From: Nemertoderma westbladi
Lineage: Eukaryota; Animalia; Xenacoelomorpha
Reading direction: 5' to 3'
DNA: 64,000 bases
Assembly: GCA_032718475.1 (NCBI GenBank)
Contig: JAUCBJ010000807.1
Coordinates: forward strand, 1 to 64,000
Under the pieces are notes generated by a model, which searched no databases, was not told the DNA's origin, and worked only from the letters and a program-made list of their open reading frames with translations. Shown piece after piece: positions 36,228-49,617 of this stretch. Position 1 is the first letter of the stretch. Every line of letters begins with the position of its first letter. Both the position numbers and the translations under genes were made by a program.

Positions 36228-38082
36228 TGGCGGTTCGATATAACGACCATCGTCCTCCGTAGCAGTTGGACTAGCGTCGCCGCGTATTAAGCTATATCAA
36301 CAAATGCTTGCAACGGTAGAGTATATCGCTCCCTGATACCAAGATCATCTTGTCATAGCTGCTATATGAGTTTATCAATATTATAATTAGTTATAATTAG
36401 GCTAGCGGGCGTCGCTGCCTACCCCTCATGGCCCCCGGACAGCGCAAGATCCTCAGCGCTGATGTACTGTCGCCGCTGTGCCTATCGCCAACATAGTAGC
36501 TGCACAACGACAACAACAACCAGCGCGAGTCACTCCACTGTCCGTCCCAAGGGCTTAGATTTACTTCAGGTTCTTACTGCAGAGGTAGAGCTACTTTCAC
36601 AACTGCGACTCGCTACTGTAAACACACTTTAGTAGTAACATTCACCTATAAACGCACAAATTCCACACAACTGTCACAAACCGCACACATTCGGGCCATT
36701 TGTCCATTAGTCAAGTGCCTTCCAGAATGCCACGTTATTATTAGGTATCCTTGGATACTAACAGTGTGCTATTTATTCCTTATGCTATTCAATGGGGCAA
36801 GCTATTATTGTTCTTTTAACTCGCTTCTAATTCTAGCATGGTTGTTGCTATGGTGACATTATGGAAAGCTAGCAGTAGAATTAGGGTAATTCTCATGCAT
36901 ACAGATCTGGGATGCTATTTAATAGTAATTCTTTAATTGTCAATATTCCCCTTTATACATGATTTTATGAATTTTATCGGCTATTGACTATATATTGGAG
37001 ATTCTCGCACACTAATATACTTAATAGGGTGAATCTCCGCTCCCATGATCTATTAATTAATGGAATTTTGGGAATGTTATAAACGATTGACAATTTATGA
37101 CAATTATGACGTTATGACAATTTATCAAATTCATTAAAAGATATGAATTTAAATTTATTCCCATAAATTTTATTATTTAATATTAAATAGACACAATTTT
37201 ATTCCAGAGCATGTCTGGGGACTAGGATCCTAAATTCTGGGAAATTTGTCCTTTTAAGAGTATCGGTAAGTGCTACGATATCTTAATCGACTAGAATTTT
37301 AAAGGATCTGAAATTTAACAGATTTTAATTTATAGATTTTCTAGAGTTAACTTGTAAGTATTTACTCTATCGTATTTGTTTGACAAATTTTATAAATATT
37401 AATAGTTAATATTTAAGATGGGCACCGGTTTATTCCAGAACATGTCTGGGGACGTTAACCACTGATTCTAGAATTTTGTCTTTCAAGTATATCGGTGGGT
37501 GCCGCGATATCTTAATCGACTAGAATTACAGATGGTCAAAGGGTTTAACAGATTTATTTTGCGTTTTACGCTACTGTTAAAAGGACATCACGCTACTATA
37601 TGTATTATTTAATATACGGTATGAGAGCAATATTGCAAGAAGCAATGTCAGTGAGAAGAGGCAAGTCGTTTCCAAGGTCTACCCAGAGCTTGGTTTAGCC
37701 GAGACACGAGGATCTGAATTTTGCATTCCTAATACTCTACTTACCAATAATACTGGAATATAGTAGGAGCTTTATTGTACTTTAAGAAGTACAGACATTT
37801 CATCTTACTGTAGTCACGCATTTATAATGTAATACGGACAGTAAGGAAAGAGAAAAATAATTATTTCTCGCCGTTGCACTAAATCTATATAATATAAGTA
37901 ATTAAGTAATAAACGCGAATATATATGGCACTAATTCTACTACATAATCGCTAAAATAACATTCTACTAAATAAAAATTAAAGAAAACGATTATTATAAA
38001 ATTACATAATAATATATACCTAAATATAAAAATAATAAAACGAATTTAAAATGATATAGTCACACACCCACTCCAGACGTCG

Positions 38083-41000
38083 TTACGTTGGGGAGTCCCT
38101 GGATGTTTGTTGGATTAGGGAGGTGGTCGTGGGAAGAGTATCTTGCCTTCCATAGTTTCCGGAGAGTTCTCTGTCTCTTTCCAGTAAACATAAACGACCA
38201 ACTGGGCGATTGAGCTGCTGCATCTCGAAGACAATTCCCGGTTTCTTAAAGTTACGTCGCATGACGACGAGTTCTACCGATCGCACCAAACCATCATCAG
38301 AGATGAGTCTCGATGATACGACCTGTCTGCCACCGCTTACGTGGAAGATCTGATTCCACAATAAGGACCATGTCTCCGGCGCTGACGTTTTCTTGCTGCG
38401 CAAACCACTTGGTTCGAAGTTGTAGCGTAGGCAGATAATGTTTTTCGAAATGGTCAGCGAAACGACGGGATAACAACTGCATAAGTTGCCAAGTTTGTCG
38501 GCAGTATTCGTCCCCGTCCGTGATTTCCGATCGTGGGAGCATGGCTACAGGTTTCTTCAGTAGGAAATGCGCGGGTGTTAGCGCTTCCAGGGAATCGGGA
38601 CTCGATGAGACTGGCATAAGCGGTCTCTCGTTGAGATAGGCGGCGATTTCCTCCATTAACGTCCGCAAAAGTTCGTCGGTGAGATACGCTCGGCACGGCA
38701 CTATAAAGTGAAATGCGGTCTTCACGCTCCTGATTAATCTCTCCCAACTTCCTCCCCACCAAGGGGCGTCGGCGGCGTTAAAGGTCCAGCTAGACGCTGT
38801 TACCCTTAGCTGATCGTCCACCTGTCTTTGGTTCCAATCTTGGATGTAAGCCTTGATTTCATTGTTGGCACCAATGAAGTTCGTTCCCTTATCAGATCTC
38901 ATCGTATTACTAGTTCCAAAGCGAGCGATCTGTCGGCGTAAGCTCAGTATGAAGCTGTTGGTAGACAGATCATTCACCATATCGAGATGGATAGCTCTAC
39001 AAGTCATACAGACAAAGATAACACACCATCTCTTGACTATAGTCCTAGCACGATATACTTCAATAAGGCCAAATAAATCCACACCGGTATTTGTGAAGGG
39101 TGGTTCATAGAAGCTTACTCGTTCCCTAGGTAATTCTGCCTCTTGCTGTGTTAAAGGCCTACTGAATGCTTTCCTACAGGGTATACAGTTCCTAAGAACT
39201 TGGTTCAGAGCTCTACGGGGTTTATGAAAATAATAGCGAGTTCGAATTTCGCTAAGAACTCGTTCTCTACCAGCATGGTAAAGCTTACTGTGAACATCTA
39301 CAATCATCTTTGTATTTCAAGATTTCTAATGAGTATGGGAAACTTAGTGTCAAAGGATAATGGAGCATTAGTTAGTCTTCCTCCAACGCGTATTAACCCA
39401 TCTATCATTGTGCTAGAGAAACGATCCCTTAAGCGCATCTGTGGATTTCTCAACAACAGGAAATACTTATCGGAATCCTCATAGCATTGCAGGAGTCTCA
39501 GTATCTGCTTATTGGTTTCTTCATGCTCCTGGTAACTGATCTTCTCCTTCAGAAATCTTTCTGATATCTTGTATTTGGGAAGATCTTTAACAACATGGAC
39601 CTGCGCAGATGTCAGTGGAGCGGTATCACTAGCGATCTCCGTCCTGGAGTAGTGAAGATGAAAACATCGCTTTAAATAAGCAACGGCCTTACAAAGCCGA
39701 TTCCAGGAGCTATAGTGATGTATCGCTCTCTGCAGGAGAGGTGAGAGTCCTTGCGAGACGTCTGGTGTTCCAGATTTCCAATCTCTCTCTCTGATTTCCA
39801 CAACAGACTTATTTGTGGCTGGGGATTTTGGATCCAAAGCGTCGTCTCCGGAAGTGTGTAGTACAGACAGATCTATCACGGGTTTAAATAACTTCGATTT
39901 ACTCGCCCGGGTTTTAGGTTTGACTTTCTCCGCTCCCTTGGCTTGTCTAATCTCAGCCGTGGTAAGATGAGGAGGCCATTCATCCTCTTCCTTGCTTAGG
40001 AAGTCGGGTCCACCTAACCAGTCTGGAGTATCTATCAGTTCTTGTGGAGTGGCTCCTCTGGAGGCAATGTCGGCTGGATTAATCGTCCCAGGGCAATGTC
40101 TCCATTGGTCTATCTTCGTGCGACTAAGTATAATGGCTACTCTGTTGGTAACGAAGACGCTGAACTGACAAACTTCATTGGTTATATACTCCAACACGAG
40201 TAAAGCATCGGTCCAATAGATAGTTTTCTCCAGTGGATAGTCGATCTGTTCTGTTACATTCCGGCCGATGGCTGTAGCGTATAGAGCCGCTTTTAACTCC
40301 GCCCGAGGAACTTTCAACTTGTTGTTTATCAAGGCCTTAGAGGTAACCAAGGCGACCTTAATTCCATCCAGAGTTTCAACCCTCAGGTAGGCTACTATAC
40401 CTATTCCCATATCGCTGGCGTCTCCAAATACATGGAGTTGATAGGAATACGTGGGGAGAACGTGACCAAAATAAGAACGGGAAATCGTAAAATTCTTGAT
40501 GGATGGTAGAGAATCTTCCCATTTCATCCACTTCTTTAATAGTTCTCCCTTAAGTGGATCGTCCCATGAGTGGTTTTCAAGCCACATTTGTTGTACTAAA
40601 CTCTGAGCAATCAATATAACTGGGCTAATAAATCCCAATGGATCGAAATAAGTGCTCAGGATACTTAGACAAATCCGTTTAGTCCGAACTGGATTATCTC
40701 GCTGCTTTAGCTGGAAAAACAGGATATCTCTCTCTGTGTCCCATTTCAAACCAAGCGTCTTGGTTTCTGGAAGATCGTCCTTGATAAGGTCTAGATCTTT
40801 AACTCCTCAGTCTTCTACCGGGATCGATTCCAGAAACTCACGGGAGTTGCTGGTGAATTTAGTTAATCGAAATCCCCCTCTTTTCAAGCACTCTACCATT
40901 CCCTTGGCGACATCAATGGCTTCTTCCACCGATGGGAGGGACTTTAAATTGTCGTCCATATATATATCCCGTTTGATGTTGTCAATAACCTCTTTAGAGA

Positions 41001-42960
41001 AGGCGTCCCGGTTGTCATCAGCAGTGGTGCGCACTACTGAGCAGGCGTTTGAGGGGCTCGAGATGATCCCAAAAGCCTGGATGGTCATCCAGTACTCCAC
41101 CGGTTTCTGGTTGAGGTCTCCTTCCAGCCACCACAGAAATTGTAGGCTGTCTCAATCCCTGTCCAGCGCTTTAACTTGTAAGAACATGCCTTCTATATCC
41201 GAGGCAAAGGCGATCGAATATTGTTGTAATCTTAAGAGTATTCCCAACAAGGATTGGAGTAAGTTGGGTCCCGGCAACAACTCCGAGTTAAGTGATTGGC
41301 CCATGTAAAGGGCGGAGCCGTCAAATACTACCCGAACTTCGTTGGGTTTACCGGGTTTGGGAACGTAATGATGGGTTAAATAGTACGTTCTCTCAGTTAT
41401 GGGTGTTTCTTCCGGTACTCGCTCCGCATATCCCTTATTTATGAATTTCTTCAGCTGTGTCTTGTACATCTCTTTAGCTGAAGCATTTGCCGTAAGGCGT
41501 CGATGTAATTGCGCAATTCTTTTCTCCGCCAAGGGTCGGTTGTTTATAAAATTAGGTTCTCGCTTTCGAAATGGCAGACCAATTTCATACCTCCCTTGAT
41601 CTCTAAGGAAACATGTAGTCGTTGCCTGGATCTGCTTGGCTCTTTCTTCTTCTACCGATAGGGCCTTATCGTAGGAATTGGGCTCTACAGCCTCTTGAGT
41701 AAAGAATCGTACGGCGTGTTCATCGCGAGTCTTCGCGTTGTAACGATCTATCACTTCATTCAGTTCGTCGTTGTAATCGACTTGTCCCGCTGGATGGATG
41801 AGGTGACATAGGTTCACTTGGTTTTGCCAAGTTTCATTTTCCGTAAGGAGGTCGATGGTATTCTCCTCGTCGAATAGTTGGTGGATATCGTCATTATCTG
41901 AGGAGTATGTTGTTCCCTCAGGTGTATCGTATCCCTCACTGATCTCCTCTTCCCATTCACTCACCTGGTAGACTCGATCTTTGGGTAGCCTTTCCATGAG
42001 AGTTCGACGGGAGGGTCCAGTAAAGTACCAACCCACTCTAGTTCTTCCCGCATAGGTTTGCAGTGGTTGCGGTTGAGCAGGCCGTTTCTCCAATGTCTCA
42101 AGCGCTTCATGCACATTTTGGCTGATGAGTATTTGTACTCCAGGGTAGTCTGTGTTGAATCTAGGTATCTCATGCTGCTGGGTGAAATCGTCCTCATCTG
42201 AGTTATAAGGTTCCACTTGGCTGGTAGCAAAGTTCTTTATCGCCACCATCTTTACTGACCTTATACTGTGTTCTCCTAGTTCATCCTGGGGGGTGGACAA
42301 CGCGCCTACATAGTAGTCGGTAGTTACTGTAGATTTCCAAACCTGCATAATTCCTGAAAGGTTCAACTTAGTTCGGAACTTGGGTTGTCCAGCAAAGATG
42401 TCTTCGGCTAGTTCTTTGTCGATGAATGTTCCTGTGCTGCCGGAGTCAAGGAGGGCGTTCACTATATAGCTCTTTTCTGACCCGTGGACTCTCAACTGCA
42501 CTACGGGAAATTCTCGGATTCCTATGTTGGAAGTTGGTGCTTTCCAAGATGGTTGTCGGTCAGGAATAGTTAGGGGGAGCTCACTATCGGTTTCCTTCTC
42601 ATAAGTAAGTGCTCGATACACTGCGGTGTTTATTAGGTAACAGGATTCGTTTTCGTCGGAGAATTCATCCGTGTAGAATCCTTCCATCTCAGAACTTTGG
42701 TCAGTGTCGTTCACATCACTGAATTGGACATGTAGTTCGGACTCACTTACCTGACTCGGGCTGTTTCTTTCGAATTCAGTGTGCAACAAGACGAGATGTT
42801 TCGCGCCGCACTTAGCACACCTTGCATCGGAGTAACAGGTTCGCCGTTGGTGTCCTTGTCTGAGACAATTATAACACAACCGCTTATCCCACATGACTTC
42901 GCGTCTATCTATTTCTTTAAGAATTCCTCACACACACTTAAACGGTGGGGCCCGTCGCAC
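38083..42960 (-). pseudogene. BEL/Pao zinc knuckles + pol (protease, RT, RNase H, integrase) of element A, several frameshifts
   Basis: CYNCLRQGHQRRTC; LLDSGS; VRVVFDGS, GPNLLQ, SDIEGMFLQV, IYMDDN; FDPLGFISP, LHVFGDAS, PRAELKAA, YWTDA, WRHCPGTINPADIASRG; FTNTGVDLFG, RAIHLD, SDKGTNF, APWWGGSWERLIRSVK, LTPAHFL. Confidence 0.95.
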
Positions 42961-43059
42961 AATGCACATTTTGGTTTGATGTTACTTACTTTACCTTGGG
43001 TAGTGTTGTGCACACTCGTTCTTTCCTCGGGCTTTCTTCCATGAATTCTCTTAGGAGAC

Positions 43060-43294
43060 GTAAAAAAAGCAAACAGTCGGCCGAAGCCGGAGGCGACCCG
43101 AAGGCTCCTCTTTCGATAGCTGCTACCCGAGGGTAGGGGTGGGCGCTACTCCTATCCCAAGATTTGCTCGCAGTTATTTAACTGGTACTCATTTCATCGA
43201 CCCCAATGGATGAAAGGCTGAGTGGACCCTGGCGGGGCTGAACCTACAACCAATAGATTGCAGGCCCGGCGCTCAACCAACTGAGCTACCCCGC
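43060..43294 (-). mobile_element. tRNA-derived SINE inserted in gag of element A, 10-bp TSD CTTAGGAGAC
   Basis: Minus strand starts GGCGGGGTAGCTCAGTTGGTTGAGCG (A box) and has GGTTCAGCCCC (B box-like); central CCACTCAGCCTTTCATCC...GGTCGATGAAATGAGTACCAG resembles the Deu/Nin SINE domain (recalled, not searched); TSD at 43050-43059 and 43295-43304. Confidence 0.85.
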
Positions 43295-46200
43295 CTTAGG
43301 AGACATAGGAGGAGTTTTTGTTATCTGTTCTCTCCTGTCACTAGTTCGAGACTTAAATTTACTTACGTCCTTAGGCGCTTTGTTGACATAGTAAGATCTT
43401 TCGGTGTCTTGCCCGTTGTTCTCCTCTTGAGAGGCCTGGCTTTCGCCATCGTCTGTATAACACACTGATGTTACCTTTCTCCTAGAAACGGGTTTCTCAC
43501 TTACCTTATTTTCCGGTGTCTTCTCTCTGGACTGCTTTAGGAGCTGTAATTTTACCTCTCCATCCAAGAATGACATGAGATCAGCCATGGTAGGGTCTCT
43601 TCGTTGTTGTTCCATCATATATAGAACTCTTTTGTCCCAACGAGTACCCACTCCACCCTTTGGTAAGGTAGATGCTACAGCTCCAATAACCATAGAACTC
43701 TGATATTCATGAGACTTACCTAGCCAATCTAATTGTCTACAAATCTCCTGGATCTCATCGGAAAATTCTATAATCCCGCTGCTAATGAACTTTCGGGGCG
43801 CTACCAATTTTGCATACAAATACCTAGCTATGTTATTCCTATTACCATACCTGATGTTTAGTGTATCCCAAACTTGTCTTAATCCATCTGGATGTCAAAT
43901 AAACTTTAACGCCATTAACTTGGGAGATCCTTCCAAGCACTCGATGAGGCATCTAAGTTTCTCTCCATTAGATAGCACATAGTTTTGTATGTTATCTTTA
44001 TAATATTCATTAAAAGGTAACCATTTCATCTCATCTCCGTTAAACTTGACGATCTCTCCCACCTTTACCGCTTGACGGGCTTCGGTTCTAGCCATTTGAC
44101 GTGTAAAACTTTCTTGGGCCATCGTATTATTTAATATCGAGTTATCGGTATATAAATTTCTCGGATTATTATCAGGTCTATATGAAATACCATTATCAAC
44201 AGGTTTATCGCGACCCTTAATAGGGTATACTATAGGAGTTTCTACTTCACTAGCAGTATAGATGCGTGTAGGCTCCACACCTTGCGCATGAAATACTTCA
44301 GACCTAACAGGTTGACACATTGTTACAGAGGGTGGTGGTATACCCTTTTGTAGATTTACTAACTTATCGCGTTCTAACGCGATACTCTGCTGCACTTCCT
44401 GCAATTCTAACCTACTCTCTCTTACTGTTCCCCTTAACTGTTGAACAGTCCCCTCCAACTCTCGGACCTGCTGGGAGGAGCGTGCTTGATTCTCCTCCAT
44501 CTGCCCGAGGAGAATATCCATCCCCAGCCGTCGCTCATCCACCCACTCTACCGCCAAAGCGGGAGCCGCCAACATAGTAGCGGGTAGACGAGGGACGACG
44601 GGCGATAAATCGTTAATGTCTCGCTCGGCGTCCAGGACTGGAATTGACTCTGAAACATTCCTACTGGTTACAGGTAGTTTAGTACTGTGCAAAGGGAATT
44701 TGGAGTTAGGTTCTGGAAGTACAGGGGTCTCTATCACAGAAGGGGTGGCTTCGAGAACAGGCCTAATTATTTCAGGCTCATCTTCTATAGTAGGGAGTCT
44801 TTTTACTCTAATAATTTGGTCTGTGGGTTCTGTACTACCTAAGTCTGTGCTAGCTAGTTGCCTTCTCACAGCTGGGGGCAAATTAGGCAATTTCTGACGG
44901 TGGGGCGTTCTTCTACGCCTGCTGAGACGAGATCTATTTCCTCCGCCTTCAGGATCTGTTGTATCGCCTTCATCAGATGATGTAAATCCCTGTCTCTTGG
45001 GAGTAGATCAACTTATCATCTGCCACTGACTAGCTGTTCTCTGTTTATCTATGTAGTCTTGCTTCTCTTGAAGATTTTCCAACTCTAGTTGGGTGGTCTC
45101 TTCAGACGCCCTCCGTTCTGCTTCTGCCACTGCCTCTGCCGCTTTTCTTTCCGCTTCTGCAGCTGCTCGCTTGCGTCCTTCTGGGCTCCTCCCCGAGGCG
45201 CACCCACGAGGCGGATGCTGTCCCACCACCCCTGGGGCCAGTCTGACTCCATTTTTATCAGACCGGGCCGGAGGGTAGCCCGATGCTTCCCGGGTTCAAT
45301 TTTCAATCCCCCGATCACACCGGCACAGCTCGTCGGTGTAGCCAGATGGTCGGCTACTGTCAACTTACTGTGGCCTGACTGTACATTGAGCCAACTCAGA
45401 GAGTCAACCGGCGGGTGGACCAGTCGATAGCGATCGAGCATCAAGGTCGCCCTTGAGCCAAACCGACGGTCTTGTCCCAAGTGGGCTTGCGCTACCCACA
45501 TGGAATATTGACACGTTTTCACCCGCCTCGCCGACAGTATTGAGGGGAAGTTGGTTGTGCAAACAATACTGACTAGCTCGAAAGCTAGGACACAAGCTAA
45601 CCACTTACCAGTCACTGTACACGTGTACTCAACAGATGCTCACAAAATCAAGTACACAACGGTAAACACAAAATCGGACACATACCATGCACACACAGAG
45701 GACATAATCGGGAAAGACAAATCGGTGACAAAATTAGAGGGGACAAAATTGTATCGACTGATAAAAAGTCGAGAGTACCTTATTTTGCCATCAGGGCAAA
45801 ATAACTTTGTGTGCACAAAGTATGCTGGGGCGCAGTAAAGATATGGTCCTACTAATAACCAGCGGCGTCTAGACCAACCGGCAAGGTTTCCCACACTCAC
45901 TCGCAGTGGCCATACACACACTCACGTATACCACGTACCCACAGCAACAGAAAGCTCAAGCAAACTGCCACTGATCGTCCACACACAAACCACAGATTCC
46001 AGAGTATCTTTCACTCGGACCACACTACCACCATCCCCTCCTTGCAGCGGATATTCCGGGTGCTACCTCCATTCCAATAGTAGTACCAACAGAATCCTGA
46101 AGCCAGAATCAGAATCCTGCCCATTCCGATGCAACACCTCCATTCCAATAGTGCTACCCTGGGAAAAGACACGTTTCGGCAACCGATCGGAGACAGCAAA

Positions 46201-47826
46201 GAGTCTGGTCAACTCATACATACCAAACATAGACCTACCACATAAACCACAGATCACACTAAGCCACCACCCCTACTGTGTACAGGACTGGCAGTACGGC
46301 AACAGGCCGACTAGACGGTACCACGGCACCATGATGATTCATGGTTCGTAAGACACGAGGGCCTTCAGTAACTCCCTTGCACTATAGAAAGGATTTAACG
46401 TGCCCCCAGACCCTCACGAGTCCGCCGCCGCCTGTTAAAGGCACCCCTATAGAGACCTCACCTCTTTAGGTACCTTTCTTTCCGCTTCTGCCTCTTTTCT
46501 TTCCGCTTCTGCTGCTGCCATTGCCGCTTTCCTTTCCACTTCTGCCGCTTTTCTTTCCGCTTCTGCCGCTTTTCTTTCAGCCTCTGCCTCTGCCGCTGCC
46601 GGTGCCGCTTTTCTTTCAACTTCTGCCGCTGCCGCTGCTGCTATCTTTCTGTCTTCTATATGTTTTTTCTTTACCTGTTCTTCTTGCACCCTAGCGATGC
46701 GGATGCTTTCATCAAATTTAGCTTGGTTCGCAGCTAACATTTCCGCATCTATTGCGTCCAACACAAACTTGGCTCCTTCACTATTAGGACGAAGTCCAGC
46801 CAGCCGTCTCCTCAACTCTTAGTCACCTAGAAATCGTTGATAGTCCGACAGATAGATGTCAATAGCGTCCTTCTTCTGAGGTTTCTCTGCTGTCGCTTCG
46901 CTTTCCACTTGAGAAGAGGTAGCGTCTGTTGATTCTCCGTGGGTTGAGCGCTCAGCCAGCTGAAATTTCCACTGGGCCGTTCCTTGAACTTTGAGACCCA
47001 CCCGCTGGAACCAAGTCTTTACGGCAACTTGCAACGACGTGTCTTGGCTTCTTTTCGAAGCTTCCTCAAAGGCCGATAGGATTAGTCTGATTCTTAGAAT
47101 TCTTTCTCGAACTTGATAAAGCAGCTCTCCCTGCTCTTGAGGTCCTTTGGGTTGTTGAAACAGTTGTTCCTCTAATCGCTCCAGAGAGCTGAAGAATCCC
47201 TGTACATATCCTGCTGCCGACCTCTTCCACACAGCTGGATCTCTAGTGTCCCTTACCACTCCCATCCTGTATAAGTCCTCCCAGGCAGCTTCCGATAAGT
47301 TAAACGGGAGTCCGGGTCCGGGGAAATTCCATTGCGTCTCGACAATAGACTTCAGTTCCTCCTTCGTGTATCCCGCATAACTGTCCTTGGTCGATCGCTT
47401 ACTTCTCGCCCAATCCATTTGATGTTCCTCCATCGCAATCAATACTCTAGTGAGTACGGCTTCAGGAAGAATGAGAAGTGGATCCGAATAAACTGCATCT
47501 GCCATCTTTGCTACGCGCTCGGGTGTCAACTCTACAGTATCTGAACTACTGGAGCTATCGGGCCGCTGAGAAATAAGTTCTCGGCTCGGGTGTTGCTGCT
47601 GTTTAACAGCTGCTTCTTGGTCCCGCTTGACTTGAGCCCGAGTGCCTATGATAGACCTACGGTGTTTGACTAGCCTAGGATCTGATACTACTACTACTGG
47701 AGGGATGACCTTTCTTACAGTAGGAGGTGAGTTGAACTTCGGTCTCAAACGTTCCGCACTCCTATCTGGATCACAGATGGTTGTATCTAGGAGACTGTCT
47801 GACAGGTTTTGCTTTGTGTCAGACAT
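43286..47826 (-). pseudogene. Long BEL/Pao gag region of element A (coiled coils, DUF1759-like), interrupted by stops and a ~1.3-kb insertion
   Basis: IVKFNGDEMKWLPF, EKLRCLIECLEG, W...DPTMADLMSFL; AAEAERK coiled-coil repeats on both sides of 45180-46460. Confidence 0.75.
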
Positions 47827-47949
47827 GTTTGTTTGTACAGTTGAATGCCTACTGCTATAACTACAGTTAAAGCAAGTCTAGTAATTCAGTATCAACTGTT
47901 AGCCTAGTAATTAATTACCGATATCGTTACTCTAAGTAACGTGATATAT

Positions 47950-48215
47950 ATACAATATATTAAAATACCGGTATACACTTATAGTATATATATAAGTATT
48001 ATTACAGACTAGGTTTGTCACAGAATACCGGTATATAATTTCAGCGCAAATATATATAAATATATAATAAGCCTACTGTGAATACCAGTATACAGTTCCA
48101 CTTATAGTATATATAAGTATAATTATAGACTAAAATTAATTACAGAATACCGGTATATAATTTCAGCTTAAATTTATAGAAATAAATATAATAAGCCTAT
48201 CGTAAATACCGGTAT
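47950..48215. repeat. AT-rich tandem repeat (~60/120-bp period) in the 5' leader of element A
   Basis: AATACCGGTATA anchor recurs at about 47964, 48024, 48082, 48146 and 48205. Confidence 0.65.
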
Positions 48216-48898
48216 GTCAATTATTTTATAATAACTGAATTTCTGAATTTTAGGGTTACTTTACGTTACTTTATTACCGTTATTTAAGCAGTAGTCCAAC
48301 TGATATTAAGACCTAATTGATGAATGACAGGCCTACTATTTTATAAATCGGTTTGAGTTGATTTATAATATATATACCCGTATAATGGGTTTTTGTCAAT
48401 GTTTGAAATAAATGTTATTATTTCTAGGTAAGGAGTCACTACACAGAAGCTAGACGCTCTCAGTGGAGTGCTACTTATTGTATTGGACACTAAAACAAAT
48501 AATTCTAATTTACTAAGTTACTTATTACTACAAATTACGTACAATTACGGGGTGAGATTACAATCTCTAAATAAACACAAAAGTTACACGTACAAATTTT
48601 AGGGTAACTTTACAAGAAATCTGCAAACCAGCCTAACAAGGGGTTAGAATTTCTGGTTATTACAAACGGACAGGATACTACGGTATTTGAAAATAATAAA
48701 GCAGTAGTAAATATATTGCGTTGTCCAGATAGGAAAATACCACCGTCTGACGACTTATAGTCTCTAGCTTTACAGCTCTATAAGTACTACGTTATGTACC
48801 CGGAGTGTTCCTACCTAGAAGTTAATTACCGCAGCCAACCATAGCTAATGTGCCTATTAACCACTTTACAACACAAATATACTGCCTACACACTAATT

Positions 48899-49617
48899 AC
48901 AGCAACTGACACATGTAGGGTCTATGAAATAGCATTCATTTCACTCCAAAACCACTATAATGTAAGTCGCAATTGTTATATATAACGGGTCCCTCTTACC
49001 TTCAGTATATCAAGAAGATTGGGGTTTTATGATTATTTATCGATATTCTCCAAATATAACAACATATTCATCAACTGATAACAATTAATAACCGACAGTA
49101 AATAGCAGTAAAATAATGCGGTGAAAGGTATATATAGTATGATTATTGAGTGTTGCGTTTTGGTTTGATAACAGTTATACGTTCCTATAATCAAAGCCTA
49201 CTAATGTTTGGCTAAAGTCTGAAACACAGAATAATTCCAAAGCCGATGTTCCAGGGCTCAGGAAAAGGTAAACAAAGACCGTAATGCATTGCGCGATCTT
49301 CCGTAGGCTTCTGTACAAGATAAAATGAAAATCGCTCTGATTGGTCGAGCGAGCCGAACAAAGAAAGCCAAAAAGCTCCACATCGACATATCAGCTGGTA
49401 GATGTCGTCATCTGAACTACACTGTATTAAGAGTATTTTGACGCATTGCGGCATAAAATGGCTTGTTATGTCCGCTAAAGTACACATACAGAATAATGGC
49501 TTTTTATGTCCGCTAAAACACCTACACAGTAAGAAAAATGGCTTTTTATGTCCACTAAAATACCTACACAGTACTTTGCGGGGAAAATGACTAGCTATAT
49601 CCGCAAAAGCTTTTACA
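48899..49617 (-). repeat. Truncated 5' LTR of element A (3' part of the LTR, PBS and ~1.1 kb of leader deleted)
   Basis: Direct repeat of 34017-34743; comparison with the related copy at 61091-64000 shows a jump from mid-LTR to leader sequence equivalent to about 63440. Confidence 0.8.

Larger units (their letters stand above)
33553..49617 (-). mobile_element. ~16-kb BEL/Pao LTR retrotransposon (element A), decayed
   Basis: LTR TGTAAAAG...CGCGAACA; near-TSD TTTAG (33548-33552) / TTTCG (49618-49622); PPT GGGAGCGG next to the 3' LTR; gag-PR-RT-RH-IN order with BEL motifs. Confidence 0.9.

Noticed and set aside
43225-43294. Possible tRNA gene
   Set aside because: No complete cloverleaf or acceptor stem; it is the head of a TSD-flanked SINE.
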